Assembly (NCBI GenBank): GCA_010093605.1
Contig: MU004189.1
Span: 751,834-815,833 of the forward strand
DNA: 64,000 nt
Direction of reading: 5' to 3'
Source of the DNA: Lophium mytilinum
Lineage: Eukaryota
Below, in pieces: positions 46,999-59,853 of the stretch. Within the stretch, counting starts at the first letter, position 1; every line of letters begins with the position of its first letter. The position numbers and the translations under genes were made by a program. Below the pieces are notes generated by a model that saw only the letters and a program-made list of their open reading frames with translations, was not told the DNA's origin and made no database searches.

Positions 46999-49341
46999 GG
47001 TGACTGCAGGCTTAAAGGAGCTTGCCTAAACATACAGCCTCGCAGCCTTGCGCCGATCCTACTCCGAGGGACGAAATGCGTCGGTTCAAGGATTAAGTGT
47101 ATCTTACGGCGGCACTGAGAAGTGTAAAGATACGGAAACAGATATCGCGAACTAACATGATATGAACACAGATGATGGATGAATGCTGCGGAATGACGAT
47201 GAGAGGCAAAGGACGAAGAGGACAATTCAGCCTCGCAGCCTACCAGATCCTAGCTATGTTCTTTGACACATGATCCGTACAGGTCGGGGTTAATACTGCC
47301 CAAAACTTGACTGTGTTCAGCATTCTTTCCAGATCTCAATTTCTGTATACTTCTGAAAGAGGTTCCGATGTCGTGCTCCCCTGTGGCCGTGCACGTCAGC
47401 ACGTGTTTCACACGTGCATGTATCACGTATTCTAATGGAGTACGACTTGACGCTAGAGATGTCGGAGTCCGTATCATCGAATCCTTCTACTAGGGCTGAC
47501 ATGAGAGGAAACGGGATGCCTAGAATAGTTTCTTGAGCTGAACAACGTGGTACCTATAAAGTGACCGAGAACAGGCAGTGTTTTTAACTAACGGCTAAAG
47601 ATTACCGTATCATATCCGAATGAGGAAGCACCACAGAGTGAGTTGATTCTGTATCGATCCCAAGGTCTCAAGCGTGATATAAAGACCATTGATGATAACA
47701 ACATTAATCGAGATGGACTATCGAGACTAGACGATTGAGACCCATACATCGACCCATGCTCACGCGATTTGGGGAAGGTTTAGTCCCGAAACAGGAGGAC
47801 GAAGGGGAAGACGAAGAAGACTCCACCGTCCTCGAACTTGACAGGCTATAATTGGTATGGGTTCGCATCAATGGACGCCGCTCGTGATGAAGACACGTTG
47901 ACTGCAGCCGGTGGAGTTTGACGTGCAGTGGTGAGGCGCAGGGGCAGGGAGCAAACAGCGGTCAAAAGTTTTTCGACACCGCCATGAGGACGAATTGGCC
48001 AATGAATCGGTCTCGACCTGAGTTTCTGTCAGGTTTTAGTGCTCGCTTTGCTGCGGTCCTTGGGGAGGCCGCAGTGGTGCGATGTTCACAAGGCGTTTCG
48101 TTAAGGTTCGGATGTGTGCTTTGACTTGTAGTTCGCACAATCGATACCTCAGCTGATAGATGATAGATGTATCGATAGAGAGGGCTATCGAGATCTCCGC
48201 CACGTCGTCGGCGGGCGAGGAGGGCAGGCCGCCAATTGGGTACCCAGCGGGCCGCACCCGGGGATCAGTGTGCCCTTGACCCCTTTCCAGCATGAAGCGC
48301 GGGAGATTGGGCTTGCTGGAAGCGGCAGAAGTGCGAGGGCATCCTGGGACCATGCAAGATGACGATTAATTTAGGGGTTCGAGGGTCTTGGGGATCAATT
48401 GCGCGGACATCGAGGCAGATCTTGGGCATCATAACAATCAACACCAGATGTAAACACGGGGGCAAACATCACTGCTGGCTGCCTCACAGCCTCACGCAAC
48501 CACGGCGGCCTAACGCAGGCAGCCGCCTCACACGCAGCGCCCTCGAGTCCGCTCGCAGCAGTCGGAGGCGTCTGGGGCAGTGAAGGGCGTAGGAGCCGTG
48601 GAAGAGGGCGTCCTGGCGTTTAGCTGCCGTCTGGCCGTTTTTGTTTGCATGGCCCGAGCGGGCTTGGCAAACGCGTGAATCCATCGACGGCCCGAGTCCT
48701 GGACCCCGATGCCCATAATCCGACTCTCCTCCTGTTCGCACCCTATCCTGCTCAGCACAACCTCCGACAGCCCTTCTTCCATATCGCCGCTGCTGCCCTC
48801 GACAACCAGCGCTGCATCGCCGCGCCGTCTGTTGCGCGCCCTCGCCACCGGTTTGTTTACCGGAAGCGCATTCCAAACCCACACGGCCCACGTCACCCAC
48901 GCTTTCACGCCTGCCACAGGCTCCACGCAGCATTCGCCAGCACATCTCCGCAAACCCACTCTGCCGCTGCCTCCATCGCCTACTCGTCAACAGCCCGCCC
49001 CTCGCGCTGCCATCCGCGTTGAATGGAGCCCGGACACGCCCTGCTGCTCATCGCTCGTTGACTGGAGGCGAGTGAGCCGCTGCGCAGTCGACACCACATT
49101 CCACGCATTCCTACGTCAGGCCGCTCGCTGTCCGCTTGCCGTATCGTTATCGATTGACTCCGCACCTCAATGCGACCCTCACCTTCATCGACTGCTGCTT
49201 GATCCGCAAGTACGCGACAGAGACATCCGTTGACACTGGTTTCACTTGCTAGACACACCCGGCGCAAGCACTCACTGCCGTCGCCGCAGTTCACTTCCAC
49301 AACAACACCACCCGCATTCACCTCCTCCATCGCACCGCGCC

Positions 49342-52300
49342 ATGGACTTTGTTTATTCCCCGCACCGCGAGACGGGCGGCACCCTCCACCTCCACTCCCC
49401 AACACACCCACACCCTCACCAACACTCTTACCACCTGGACGGCTTCCCCTCCATCAAGCAGATCCGACGCTCCCTCTCACGTTCACCGTCGAAGCCGTCG
49501 CGCTTTCAGCTGCACTCCAAGTCCTCGGATTCACCAGGATCGCCCATCTCGCCTCTGGCTTTATCGCGCGCCTTCAGCCCCAGGACTTCAAAACCCGCGA
49601 GTCCCACCGGACCTCACACCGGCTCACCACTGTCGCAAGCGCCCACCACCACCAAGAAGAAGTTTTCGCTGCGCCGCACCACGCGCCGAACCGCATCAAA
49701 GAGTCCCCGCCGCGTTCTGGCCGACTCCGCAAGCCAAGGTAACGCAACGCCATTTACCTCTCGTCGAACCTCTGGAGAGGAGAACCAACTCATGAGCGCG
49801 CGCGCACCGCTCTTCGCCGACCAACCTGAAACTGAGTGCAAACCCTCGGTGCCGCGATTCAGTCTCGACGACGGCCCCATCAAGTTCGAGTTTACGCGCT
49901 CACGTGGAGAGAGTGCGCCAGGTGCAAACTGCCTGATGCCGGCAAAATCGAGTCCGCTGAAGCGTAGCGACGGCATCATGAACCTAGACCAGGCCAGCTT
50001 GGGCAGTCCTGTGGCCAAGAGGAGGAGCCTGCATGGTGCTTCATTTGGCCCCGACTTCGACGTCTTCGATCATGGTCCAACGCCCAACTCGGAACAACCA
50101 CAGCAATTCCGTAGCCACGACCACGACATGGGTATTCACTCTTTCTCATCGCCAATCCAGAAGACTGGCTCTCCACTGCGCAAATCTCTCTCGCTGAGGA
50201 AGTCGACTCTATCCCAGCGATACGGCTCAAATGCTGCTCGACCCAAGGCCCAGGACCAAGTTCACGAATTCGCAATTCCCGGTCCGGCAGCTTCACGGAC
50301 GCGGAACCGTATGTCGCTCGACAGCTCCCTAGGATTCGGCTCGCCACAAGCCCAATCACCATTCCGCAAATCCATGGGTCTCGGTCTTACGTCCGAGCCT
50401 GGGCGCCCAAATTTGCAGCAGCATTCCCATTCGTTTATGCGTAGTAGTGGCTCCATCGGCCACCAGCCCCATCCTCTCTCAAATGCTCTGACTCCGTCAT
50501 CTTCCATGTCGAGTCTAGGAGACGACTCACCGACTCATGCCCCTGTGCACGCTTCTCAGCATCACGCGCCTCCAACTGCGGCAGCGCGACACCATGTCTT
50601 TTCAAGGTCGCTGCCTCTTGGTGCTACCCGCCCTCATTTGGGTGGCGATGCTCCGGATATAGACTCTGAGAATGGATCCTTCGCAACCCCAGCTGCGTAC
50701 AAGATGGCGAAGCCACTTCCTCAGGCGTTCATGTCTACGGGTTTGATATCTAAGCGCAATCGCAACGCCGACCTACCCCAACCGGGTTCTTATGCTGGCT
50801 ATACTATGCCAGACACGCCGTCCAAGAGGGCATCTTTTCCCCCCATCACGTCGTCTCCGTCGATTCATCGTGGATTCGGAAAATCCATCACACGCCATGA
50901 GTTTGGTACCCCGACCACTCCATTCAGCCTGCACCCCGCTGGTGTGACTCCGATCTCGTTCGGAAAAGGAGTCAACATCTTTGGTACTCTTGCCAATCCT
51001 AGCATGAATCGTCGTGGTAGCTTCGCTAGCATCGACATCGACGTCGATGATGATAACTCAGTTTCACCATCCGGCAAGATGGACAGCCAATCCAGCATTG
51101 ATGATATGCCACCAACCCCTACGAAGCAAGGTGATGGCGCGGGTCGACGTTCCAAGGACAATAGCCTACGAAGCAGCCTCTTTGGTCGGCGTACATCCCT
51201 GGGAGCTGATACATTCACCCCACCGACAGCGTTAGATTTCGAGTCTCCCGCCCAAGAAAACAATTGTAAGTTATCTCCCTCAGCATCCGCAGAGAGTTTG
51301 GTTAGAGGCAGCGGTGATCCCATACTCCATGGATCTCCGACGCCTTCTCCTCACGCTTCTCCGACGTCCGTTGCCCTTTCTCTCGCTCGTGCGCGGACTT
51401 CGCGACAATCGCAGAGCAAACCGTTACCGACGCCTCTCCTAAGACGCTCGATTCGAACATTTCTTTCTCCTTCCGACGCTTTGAACAATACTAAGAAGTC
51501 TCCCCTTTCCGCAGTGAGCCCGATACAGGCTTCAGAATCGTCTGAACGCAACTCTCCACGCACCCCATCGGAGTCATTTGTTCCACCTGACGCCAGTGGG
51601 CTGACGATCTCCGGTCGCGCCAACCGTCGTGGATCGGTACCTTTCAACAGCAGCACGAACAGCAACATGTCGTTCCCGCCCGCAACCCCGACCACTAATC
51701 GCGATCACAAGTCGTACTTTGCAAACGGCCAGTCTGCTATTGCTCCGATTGCAGGACTAACTAAAAACGACGTGGACACTGCTCTTACTAGCAGATTCGA
51801 AAACGTATCGTTGCATGGAAACGGGGAGTTCTCGCAAGTCTACCGCGTCGAAGGTCTCATTGATCCGCCCCCAAGGTCACCATTCGAGTCTCCATCCGGA
51901 AGTGTATGGGCTGTCAAAAAGGCGAAGCGACCGTATGCTGGAATGAAAGATCGGGACCGAAAGCTACGCGAAGTCCAGATCCTCCAAGCACTAAGTGGGA
52001 ACGAGCATATTATCTCGTTTGCGGGCAGCTGGGAACATAAGAACTACCTTTACATCCAGACAGAGTTTTGCGAGAACGGCAATCTAAAGGATTTCTTAAC
52101 TCAACATGGATATAAGGGACGATTAGACGACTTCCGGATATGGAAGATTCTCCTAGAGTTGTCAATGGTAAGTTTTCCATCTTCTCCCGCATGAAGCCAT
52201 TGTTAACATATATCCAGGGCGTCAAACACATTCATGATTCTGGCTTCATTCATCTCGATCTGAAGCCCGCAAACGTCTTCCTTGACTGGGAAGGCGTCCT

Positions 52301-52943
52301 CAAGATCGGCGATTTTGGCTTGGCGAGCACGTGGCCTGCTCCTCCAAACATTGATGGAGAAGGCGACCGCGAATACATCGGACCGGAGATTCTTTCTGGT
52401 CGCTTTGACAAGCCTGCCGATATCTTTGCTCTCGGCATGGTCATGCTCGAGATCGCTGGTAACATCATCCTCCCTGACAATGGTACCTCCTGGCAGCGTC
52501 TTCGGTCTGGCGATATGACCGACCTCCCGAGCCTTACGTGGAGCTCCGAGAGCAGCCTTCCGAGAGACCAATCTGGAGATCCAATCGCCGACATCAGCAC
52601 CAACGCCTCGAACGAGACTTTGTGCGGATCCGAAACCGAAGAGGAAAGCTTCAGACTATTCAACAATGCCGAGCCCAAGCCGAACTACCCAGAGCAGCTA
52701 GTTCAGCCTCCCAACTTCATGGTCGATCCAAACGATAGCGAGTGCCTAGACAAGATCGTGGAGTGGATGATCAGTCCCAACCCAGACGAACGCCCTACCG
52801 TTGACCAGCTCTGCAACTGTGCTGGCGTCCAGTGGGTCAAGAATCGTCGACGTGCAGGGGCAACCGTCTATGAGGGGACTTGGGGCCCTGCTGATGACGT
52901 CCTATCCACCGAGCACGACGTCGATATGATGGACGCCCTGTAA
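49342..52943 (+). CDS. SWE1: Wee1/Swe1-family mitosis inhibitor kinase
   Basis: Long S/P-rich N-terminus. GNGEFSQVY, WAVKK, YIQTEFCENG, HLDLKPANV, KIGDFG and EGDREYIGPE (Wee1-type EGD). Intron 52168-52217 and probable in-frame intron 51266-51514. Confidence 0.93.
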
Positions 52944-54258
52944 ATCAATCACTCTATCAACGGACCTCTTCATTGCTGTGGATATCTGTTGCAATGGCTA
53001 CAGACATTGGAAGGCAGCCTTGTCTGGAATTTAGGAGCCCATACTGGCGTTTGTGGGGGTGGGGTGCGTAGTCACGACGGTGATTTGGAAAAAGAAGGAA
53101 TGCTGGAAACGAACGCCTGCTCGGTCTATGGATTGCAGCCACGCCTCATTTGTGTAGTACGGAGTTCGACATTAGCATTTCATAGGAACGGCGTCCATCC
53201 ATCGATAACTATCACTAAAAGCGACGCCTCGGCTGAGCTTGCCGGAGCTATTTCAACCGGAGTTTTCTATGATCCGAACAGCTTTTGTTACGGTTCAAAA
53301 GGTACGTTACGTGTGCAACATTTGTTCTTTGTTTTCTCTCCCTACATTACGACACGTGCTCTGGCACATGTTTCTGTTGATCCTTCGAGTATTGCGATGC
53401 ATGGCGGCACTTTTTGGACACTTTGGGCTTTTCTTGGGACTACGGGTGGTGTTTTATGGTTTCTGTCTTTATTTCCTTCCTTGGGAGATCAAAAGGGGTC
53501 TTGGGGCGCGTCAGGGTCTAGCTGCATCAGTTTCAGGGCCATGTGGCTGCGGCTCGGCCTAGGAAACAGGAAAGGGGCGTTTTTGGAAACGGACGGAGAG
53601 TGCACTGAGATGTGTGCTTGCTTTACTGGGGCGGCTTTTTCGTGCGTTTCGAACAGCCCAATGGGCTTTATGATGTTATGTCTACTGCGGATGATGATGG
53701 AGGGTGGAGGAGTGTGCCGGGTGGAGGTTGTGGATTGTGGAAGATTGATTGGGGACTGCGAGTTGAGTTTGGTTGGTTGTTAGGGCACACGAATAGAGAC
53801 GTTTGAACTGGACTTTTGAGTGTTTTGCGGGGTGATTCGTGCTTCTTCTTGTGACGTGAACGGCACTAAATGGTACTACATCTGGCGCTGAACCCACCAA
53901 CAATGGCGAAGAACTCCATAATGCTGCTAAGCATAGACCTTGAAACTAAATCTGCCAGCCTAGCCTGCGATCGTTGGGCTAGACGATGTGAAAGAAGCGT
54001 CTAAATCTCACTCATGGCTTAGCGACGATAGCGAGGGACAGAACTCCTAAAGCTAAAGCACTCTGATAAGTCTAGGCTCCATATTCATCACGATGAAGCC
54101 GAGAAATTCCAAAAGGGGTCCCTATCACTCACCTAGCACACAACTGTCTCATCTAGTAAAACCATGTCTTCATGTACTTTTCTACCTTCGTATCCCAAAA
54201 CCAACCACCGCCCATCCCAACCTCATCCCCACACTCGATGCCCCCATCCGCCCCCCTC

Positions 54259-57200
54259 CTACCCATAATTAAACGCATTCCGACACAACGGACACGAACT
54301 CGCATTACTCGTCTTAAACCACTTAAACAAACAACTCGCATGAAACAGATTCTTGCACGTGCTGCACCGCTTACTCGGCAACTGCTTATCCGCCCCGATA
54401 ATGCTGTAGCAAATCGCGCACTCGCTCTGCCCCTTCAGCGCACCGACCACGTTGCGCCGCCACGCCGTCAGCCCGTCGACCAGGTTGCCGTTGCTGAACG
54501 CAATCACGCCCTGCGCGGACCGCAGCCAGCTCTGCCACTTCTTCTCGTCGACGGCGACACGGTTGAGGCCCTCGACGAGCGCGGGGTGCAGCGGGTAGGT
54601 GGGCGGCAGCGCGATGCGGATGCGCATCGTTTGCTCGTCGACTTCGTAGCCGGCGGTGACTTCGCGGGCGCGGGGGGAGATTTTGAGGAGGAGGGGCTCG
54701 TCGTCGGCGGGTTGGGCGGCGGACCAGGCGCTGACGGCGGCGAGGGCGGTGGTGATGACGTGGGGGGAGATATGGAGGGCTTCGTTAGGATTTGGACGGG
54801 GTTTTACGAGATTGATGGGGGACACGTACGAATTTCTCGGTCCAGGACTCGACGGCGATGACTTTCTGACGCGATTTGCAGTCGATCCACCACGTCTTTG
54901 CGAGCGAGGGCATGTGCGTTAGGCAGAGGTAGTAGATGTGGGTTAGTAGCCATTGTGCATCGCGCTCTGGAGGCTCGACGTCGGGGGTGTAGGTTGTGAC
55001 GTCTAATTTAGCTACATCAACCGGTTTGCCGCGGGCGTGACCGAGGAAGTCGAAGGTAAAGTCGAGCAGGCCGGGGAGGTAATCGCCTTCCTTGATATGC
55101 TCGATATAGTCCGTCTTCACTTTGTACGATGCGTGCTGCATGTGGTCGAAGACGAGTAGCCAGCTAAGCAAGTAGCCCCGTAGTAATAGTGGCATATTAC
55201 GCTCGAAGCTGGCGTTGGCGAGGGATTCTAGAGTCGGTGCCTCGAGGATGAGAGAGAGCAGTTCCTCGGGGAGTCGAGCTGTGGACTTGTCAAGCACCGC
55301 GTCGATCGAGATTTGTTCTTGTGCCACTGGGATTTTCTGGTGCAGGATATCGAATGCTGCTTGCTGGACTGGCTGAGATTCTACGTAAAGCAAGGGAAAT
55401 AGCTCCTCGGTTTCATTTAGGTGCTGGAGCGGGATCTTAGATATTTGTCGGGCGAGTAGCTCGTTGACGATCTTCAGAGGCTGGTGGAAATCGTCGGGAA
55501 AGTGTTGAGAGTGCTTGAGGAGGTTGATCAGGCCTCTCGCGACGTTCTCTTCCGAGTCCTTCCAAGCATCCACAAGGTCGTCGTTCGGTTCCTCGCTTCC
55601 TTTGAGAGATCTCAGAATAACGTAAAGCTTCAAGGAGGCATGAATGAAAGGGATAGTAGCATCGGAGTTCGAGCCGCGGTCGTCGATTTCTCTTGGTAAT
55701 GACCATTGATCAGCCAAGCAGTTGAGGATCTCGCCCCAGTGTGATCCATAGATATCGCTCATCAAGGGCAGCAGTGAAGTTAGAGAGCGACAGACTTCCG
55801 CACGAATTGACAGAGAAACTGAGTGGTCTTCCAGCCATGGTATGACATGCTTGACGAAGAAAATAGCTCGCTGTTTGGCGATACCTTCGCCCACGTCTTC
55901 GTGATTATGAAGAATCAAGTTTAGCATTACCAAGTGCCGGAGACCTGCGTGAGGATAATTTAGAATCTGTCACATTGACAATCGAGATACAAGGGGCTGT
56001 CACGTACCTTCTTCAGACTTCTCAGCAATGTCTAAGCCAGTGATATCAGCAACATACTCATTACATAGCCTTGTCGACGATTTCGTAGTGGACAACGGTA
56101 AGCTATATCCCGTCAAGAAAGCCGCGGGATAAAAGGGACCTAAATAATGTCAGCAAAAGTTCCCATCAGCTTGATATCGACTGCTTACTCTTGCTTTTCC
56201 GAAGGCCTTTCAAAGCGGTCTGAAGATTCGGAGTTCTCTGGCTGTTCCACCCGTGTATTTCAATCAATTCTGTGATCAGCATGCTTATGGCCCTCGCGCT
56301 GTAGTAGGAAGAGGACAAAGTCTCCTCGGAGTCGGCTTGTAGAGATGCTAGCGCCGACTTCAAGAAAGACGCAGAGCCTGCACTATCCTCATCCCACCAA
56401 GTTCCGTTGGTTTTGATTTGGTTGTTCAAGAAGTTCCGTGCATCTTCTAAAGAAAGAATAACGACATTCTCAACTTCCGGGGTGTACTGAGCCCATAGGT
56501 TGTTAGAGCCCGCAAGCGCAAGGTTGTCCTCAATGAGCTGTACCGTTAGCGCGGTGAGGCGGTAGATTTCTTCTTGTCGTCCGATTGCGATGTGCTCAAA
56601 CAGGCTCGTTTCGCATAAGACTCTGCTAGTATAAGATGCGATGCGAAAGGCGGCCGAGAATCCGTCCCCATCTCGAGGATAAGTCTTGCTGAACGCCTCT
56701 TGCGAAGAGCTGGAAGGAACAAGATAGGACGTGCCTCCAAGGACATTTGTTATAGAGAGAGAAGCTCTTGGTTGTACATCAAGAAAGGGGGCCAAGGCTG
56801 CTGTCCATGCACTTCCATCGGGTAGAAGGCCGTCAGCAACGTCTCTTGGGGGAGAGACCGAATCCTCCGCTTCCCAGATTTTCGTTGCAAGTTCTACCAG
56901 AGTATTGACAGATACAGAGGCTCGGGAAACTTCTTTAAGGCCATTCTGGATGACATCAAACATTGATTGCTGAGAGTTCACGCCATCAGAACCCCGTGTG
57001 AGGATGGAGTGTATGCTGTTGTTGACATCTGATGCTGCTTGTGCTATTTGGTCATCTGTAGACTCAGCAAGCAACAACAAACTGCGGAGCAGCTCGGACC
57101 CTTCTGGTGTAGGAATGAATCGCTTCAGCAGTAAGGGATTAAGCTTCGTGACTTTCTGGAAGCCTTCAAGTGCATTGGACGTCGCGCTAGCAATTGACAA

Positions 57201-59479
57201 TGACTTCGTCATGCTGGACAGAATGTCGTCTGCCGTCTCAGTAGCAATAGCAGTGGACGGACTCGGGAGAAGTTGTCCAATAAATAGCCAATCCGAACTG
57301 CCTTCTAGAGCGCTATGAACCTTCGCGTTTAGGTAGGTCTGCAATTCTGCATTTGAAGAAGCCAAGTTGAAATCAGTGGGAACTTTTGGCGAGGTAAGCA
57401 AGTGTCTCAGGGCCTCCAGCTTTGGTGGAGAATCTAGGCTTCCTAGAACGGCTTTGAGTGTTGCTTTCCACGAGTCTTCGAATGCCGCTTGGTCTTTGCA
57501 AGCGTACAGGATGTCCGCAAGTTGTGAGCAGGATGGCGAGATGAAAAGGCTCGGAAGATCATCATGCACAAAAGACATCAGCTCGTCTTTGCAGTGCTCC
57601 TTGCCAAACACAAGACTTCCGCATAGACGGAGGATCTCTGCGACGACACCTGCTGCTCCGTACGGTTTTCCCTGACGGCTTTTCAAGACATCTATAGATG
57701 CCGAGACTACCAAAGCAGTTGCCGAAGACAGCACCGGACGGGAAAGCCCTGATGAGTCATGATCAAGAGCATAAGCTTGCAGACCAGCAAGTCTAGCTGC
57801 TTGTTGTATCAAGGCATTATGAGACTTTTCAAAGTCTTTGGACTGTTCTGGTGCTGAAACTTGTATGTCTTCAATGAGCAACTTGGCGTATTTCGGCCAC
57901 TCCTCTTGGAGAATGGACGGAAGGATTCCAGACACCATGGCCTTGCCGATAATCTTAGGGCCGTTAGGTCCGGGTATTGCCCATTGCGACTGTTCAGGGC
58001 TTGGTCGCAAGTACTGCGAGAAGATTGGCAGCACCATTTCGCTCATCAAATTATGTTGGTCGTCCTTTGGAAGTAAATTGCACACTATCAAAGCGGCATG
58101 GACATAGGCACTGAAGGCTGCTGTAAGATTGGCACGAGGCTCATCCTTCTTGATTATACCGTTGTGCATTGCTCCAAGTAGATCGACCGCACCAGCCAGA
58201 GTAGTAGGCAGAAGTGGTTCTGGTAAGAGGGTGAAAAGTCTCGCGACGCCATCCCAGAACTCTCGCGGTCCGCTTTGCGAGCCCCGTTTCAGGAAATGCT
58301 GAAACTTCTGAGTGGCCGTCTTCTTCCCAGAGTAGTGGTCAGTCCAAAGCAAGGGGAATGACTCCGTTAGCAAGACGACAGTCTCAACATATTCATATGC
58401 CGATCCAGTCTGGTCAGAGCTCAGACCTTGATATAGATAGGACTTGCTGAGGATACGTAGGTGTGAAGTTAAAGAACCTTGGGGTCTGTTAGCTCAGAAT
58501 GCCCATGGGATATTCTTCCCAAGAAACGGAAGGTCATGAAGATATTAGACTGCAGGATTTAGTCTTGGCCAAGAAATCACTCACTTTTTTGCCTTAAAAG
58601 GCACGTCCTCAGAAACCTATGTGTTGAGCGTCTTACGGAAGCGTCTTCATAAGTTGCAAACTCCCACACCTTCTGATCTCCCAGAACTGCATCGTAGTCT
58701 GATTGGTATTTGGTAGAGTCCTCCGGCTTCAAGTCCGTCAAAAGACTCCCAATGACGGCGATGCAAGCTGCTATGACTCGACAGTACTTCCCTTCAGCAT
58801 CATCCGGACTGACAGTTCGCTCGTCGCTGAGCGTCAACGCAGTCTCGTTGTCGATTGCATAGCGACAGTACTCCAGAATCGGCTGTTGGTATGCCTTGCG
58901 AAGGCTGTGGAGTTTCTCTGGGGTGGAGAAGACCAATTTTATGGACTCCTGCGTGGCCTTCACAACTGACCGGTCGTTGTCGTAGAGGCCACATAGCCAA
59001 GCTCCCACAGCCTTCGGCATATACTTAGCTATTCTCTTACCGGCAGCGGCGCAGATCTGACCTTGCAGCGACTGGGCAAGCTGACGAACTCTTCGCGAGC
59101 TATCTATCGAGGTGCGGGGAAATGTCTTGATCTGAAACAGTATCGTATTACTATCTGTATAATGTGTACATCCATGGAGGGCACCCACCCATGCCTCCAG
59201 TATCCCATCTTCCACCTGTCCACCAACTGACAAGATGTGCGTTTGTAGATCTTCCAGCGCCTTTGCCTTTGTTGTGCTGTCTTTTTTCGAGAGATTCTTG
59301 AATGCGACGACCACATTAGGATCTGATATTGCGGAGAGGTCTGGAGGCTCCGAAATATAAGATAACGGCGAAGAAGAGGCTCCGAATGCTGTCGCTGAAG
59401 CCGCACCAAAGCCCGAACCGAATGCGCTGGACGCAGCCCGGCTGCTGCTGGCTTGTGCCTTGACTTGGCGCTTGCTCAT
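54259..59479 (-). CDS. RKR1: E3 ubiquitin ligase listerin (Ltn1/Rkr1)
   Basis: N-terminal FKNLSKKDSTTKAKAL..SIDSSRRVR and C-terminal RING ECAICYS..CSTCKNLFHASCLFKWF..CPLCR. Introns 59188-59132, 58584-58478, 56188-56140, 56007-55945 and 54829-54772 (last has an abnormal acceptor). Confidence 0.95.
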
Positions 59480-59853
59480 GGCGACGATGGAAAAAAGAAA
59501 TCTAGGAAATCCGAAGCGTTGTAGGCTGCCGGAGAAGAAAAGAAGAATGAATGTAAGAGTGGTTGTTGCCTATGATTTGAAAGAGCAAATGGCAATGACG
59601 AAGTTCACTTAAGCCGAAGTATTTCCGAAAAAACGCTAAGCCCCTTCCGGGTCATTGAGGCAACTGCATGTCTTCTCCCCGGGCATAAATATATAACCTT
59701 TACACCAGCAGCGCTCAACACACTCACCACTACATACAGGCCCCTTTCCTTTCATACAGCCCGTACCTAAGTCCCATTTCTGGCTAAGCTCTCACCGGGG
59801 TACAAGCTGTTTTCGATTCACTACGGTGAAAGACACCTCCCACCTCCCTCAAC
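59480..59853. promoter_or_regulatory. Compact divergent promoter, RKR1-RAD3
   Basis: Head-to-head start codons with 374 bp between them. TATA-like ATAAATATATAA near 59685. Confidence 0.6.

Noticed and set aside
47317..47502. 61-aa ORF upstream of the HET gene as a possible extra exon
   Set aside because: I found no convincing splice path, and the HET ORF already starts with a typical N-terminus.
48153..48195. GATA cluster and TCGATAG/CTATCGA inverted repeat upstream of SWE1
   Set aside because: Too short to distinguish from chance without conservation data.
52989..53783. 264-aa ORF after SWE1
   Set aside because: TTG start and G/T-rich, UTR-like sequence, with no domain signal.
54172..54861. 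229-aa + strand ORF
   Set aside because: Antisense shadow of the GC3-rich last exon of listerin.
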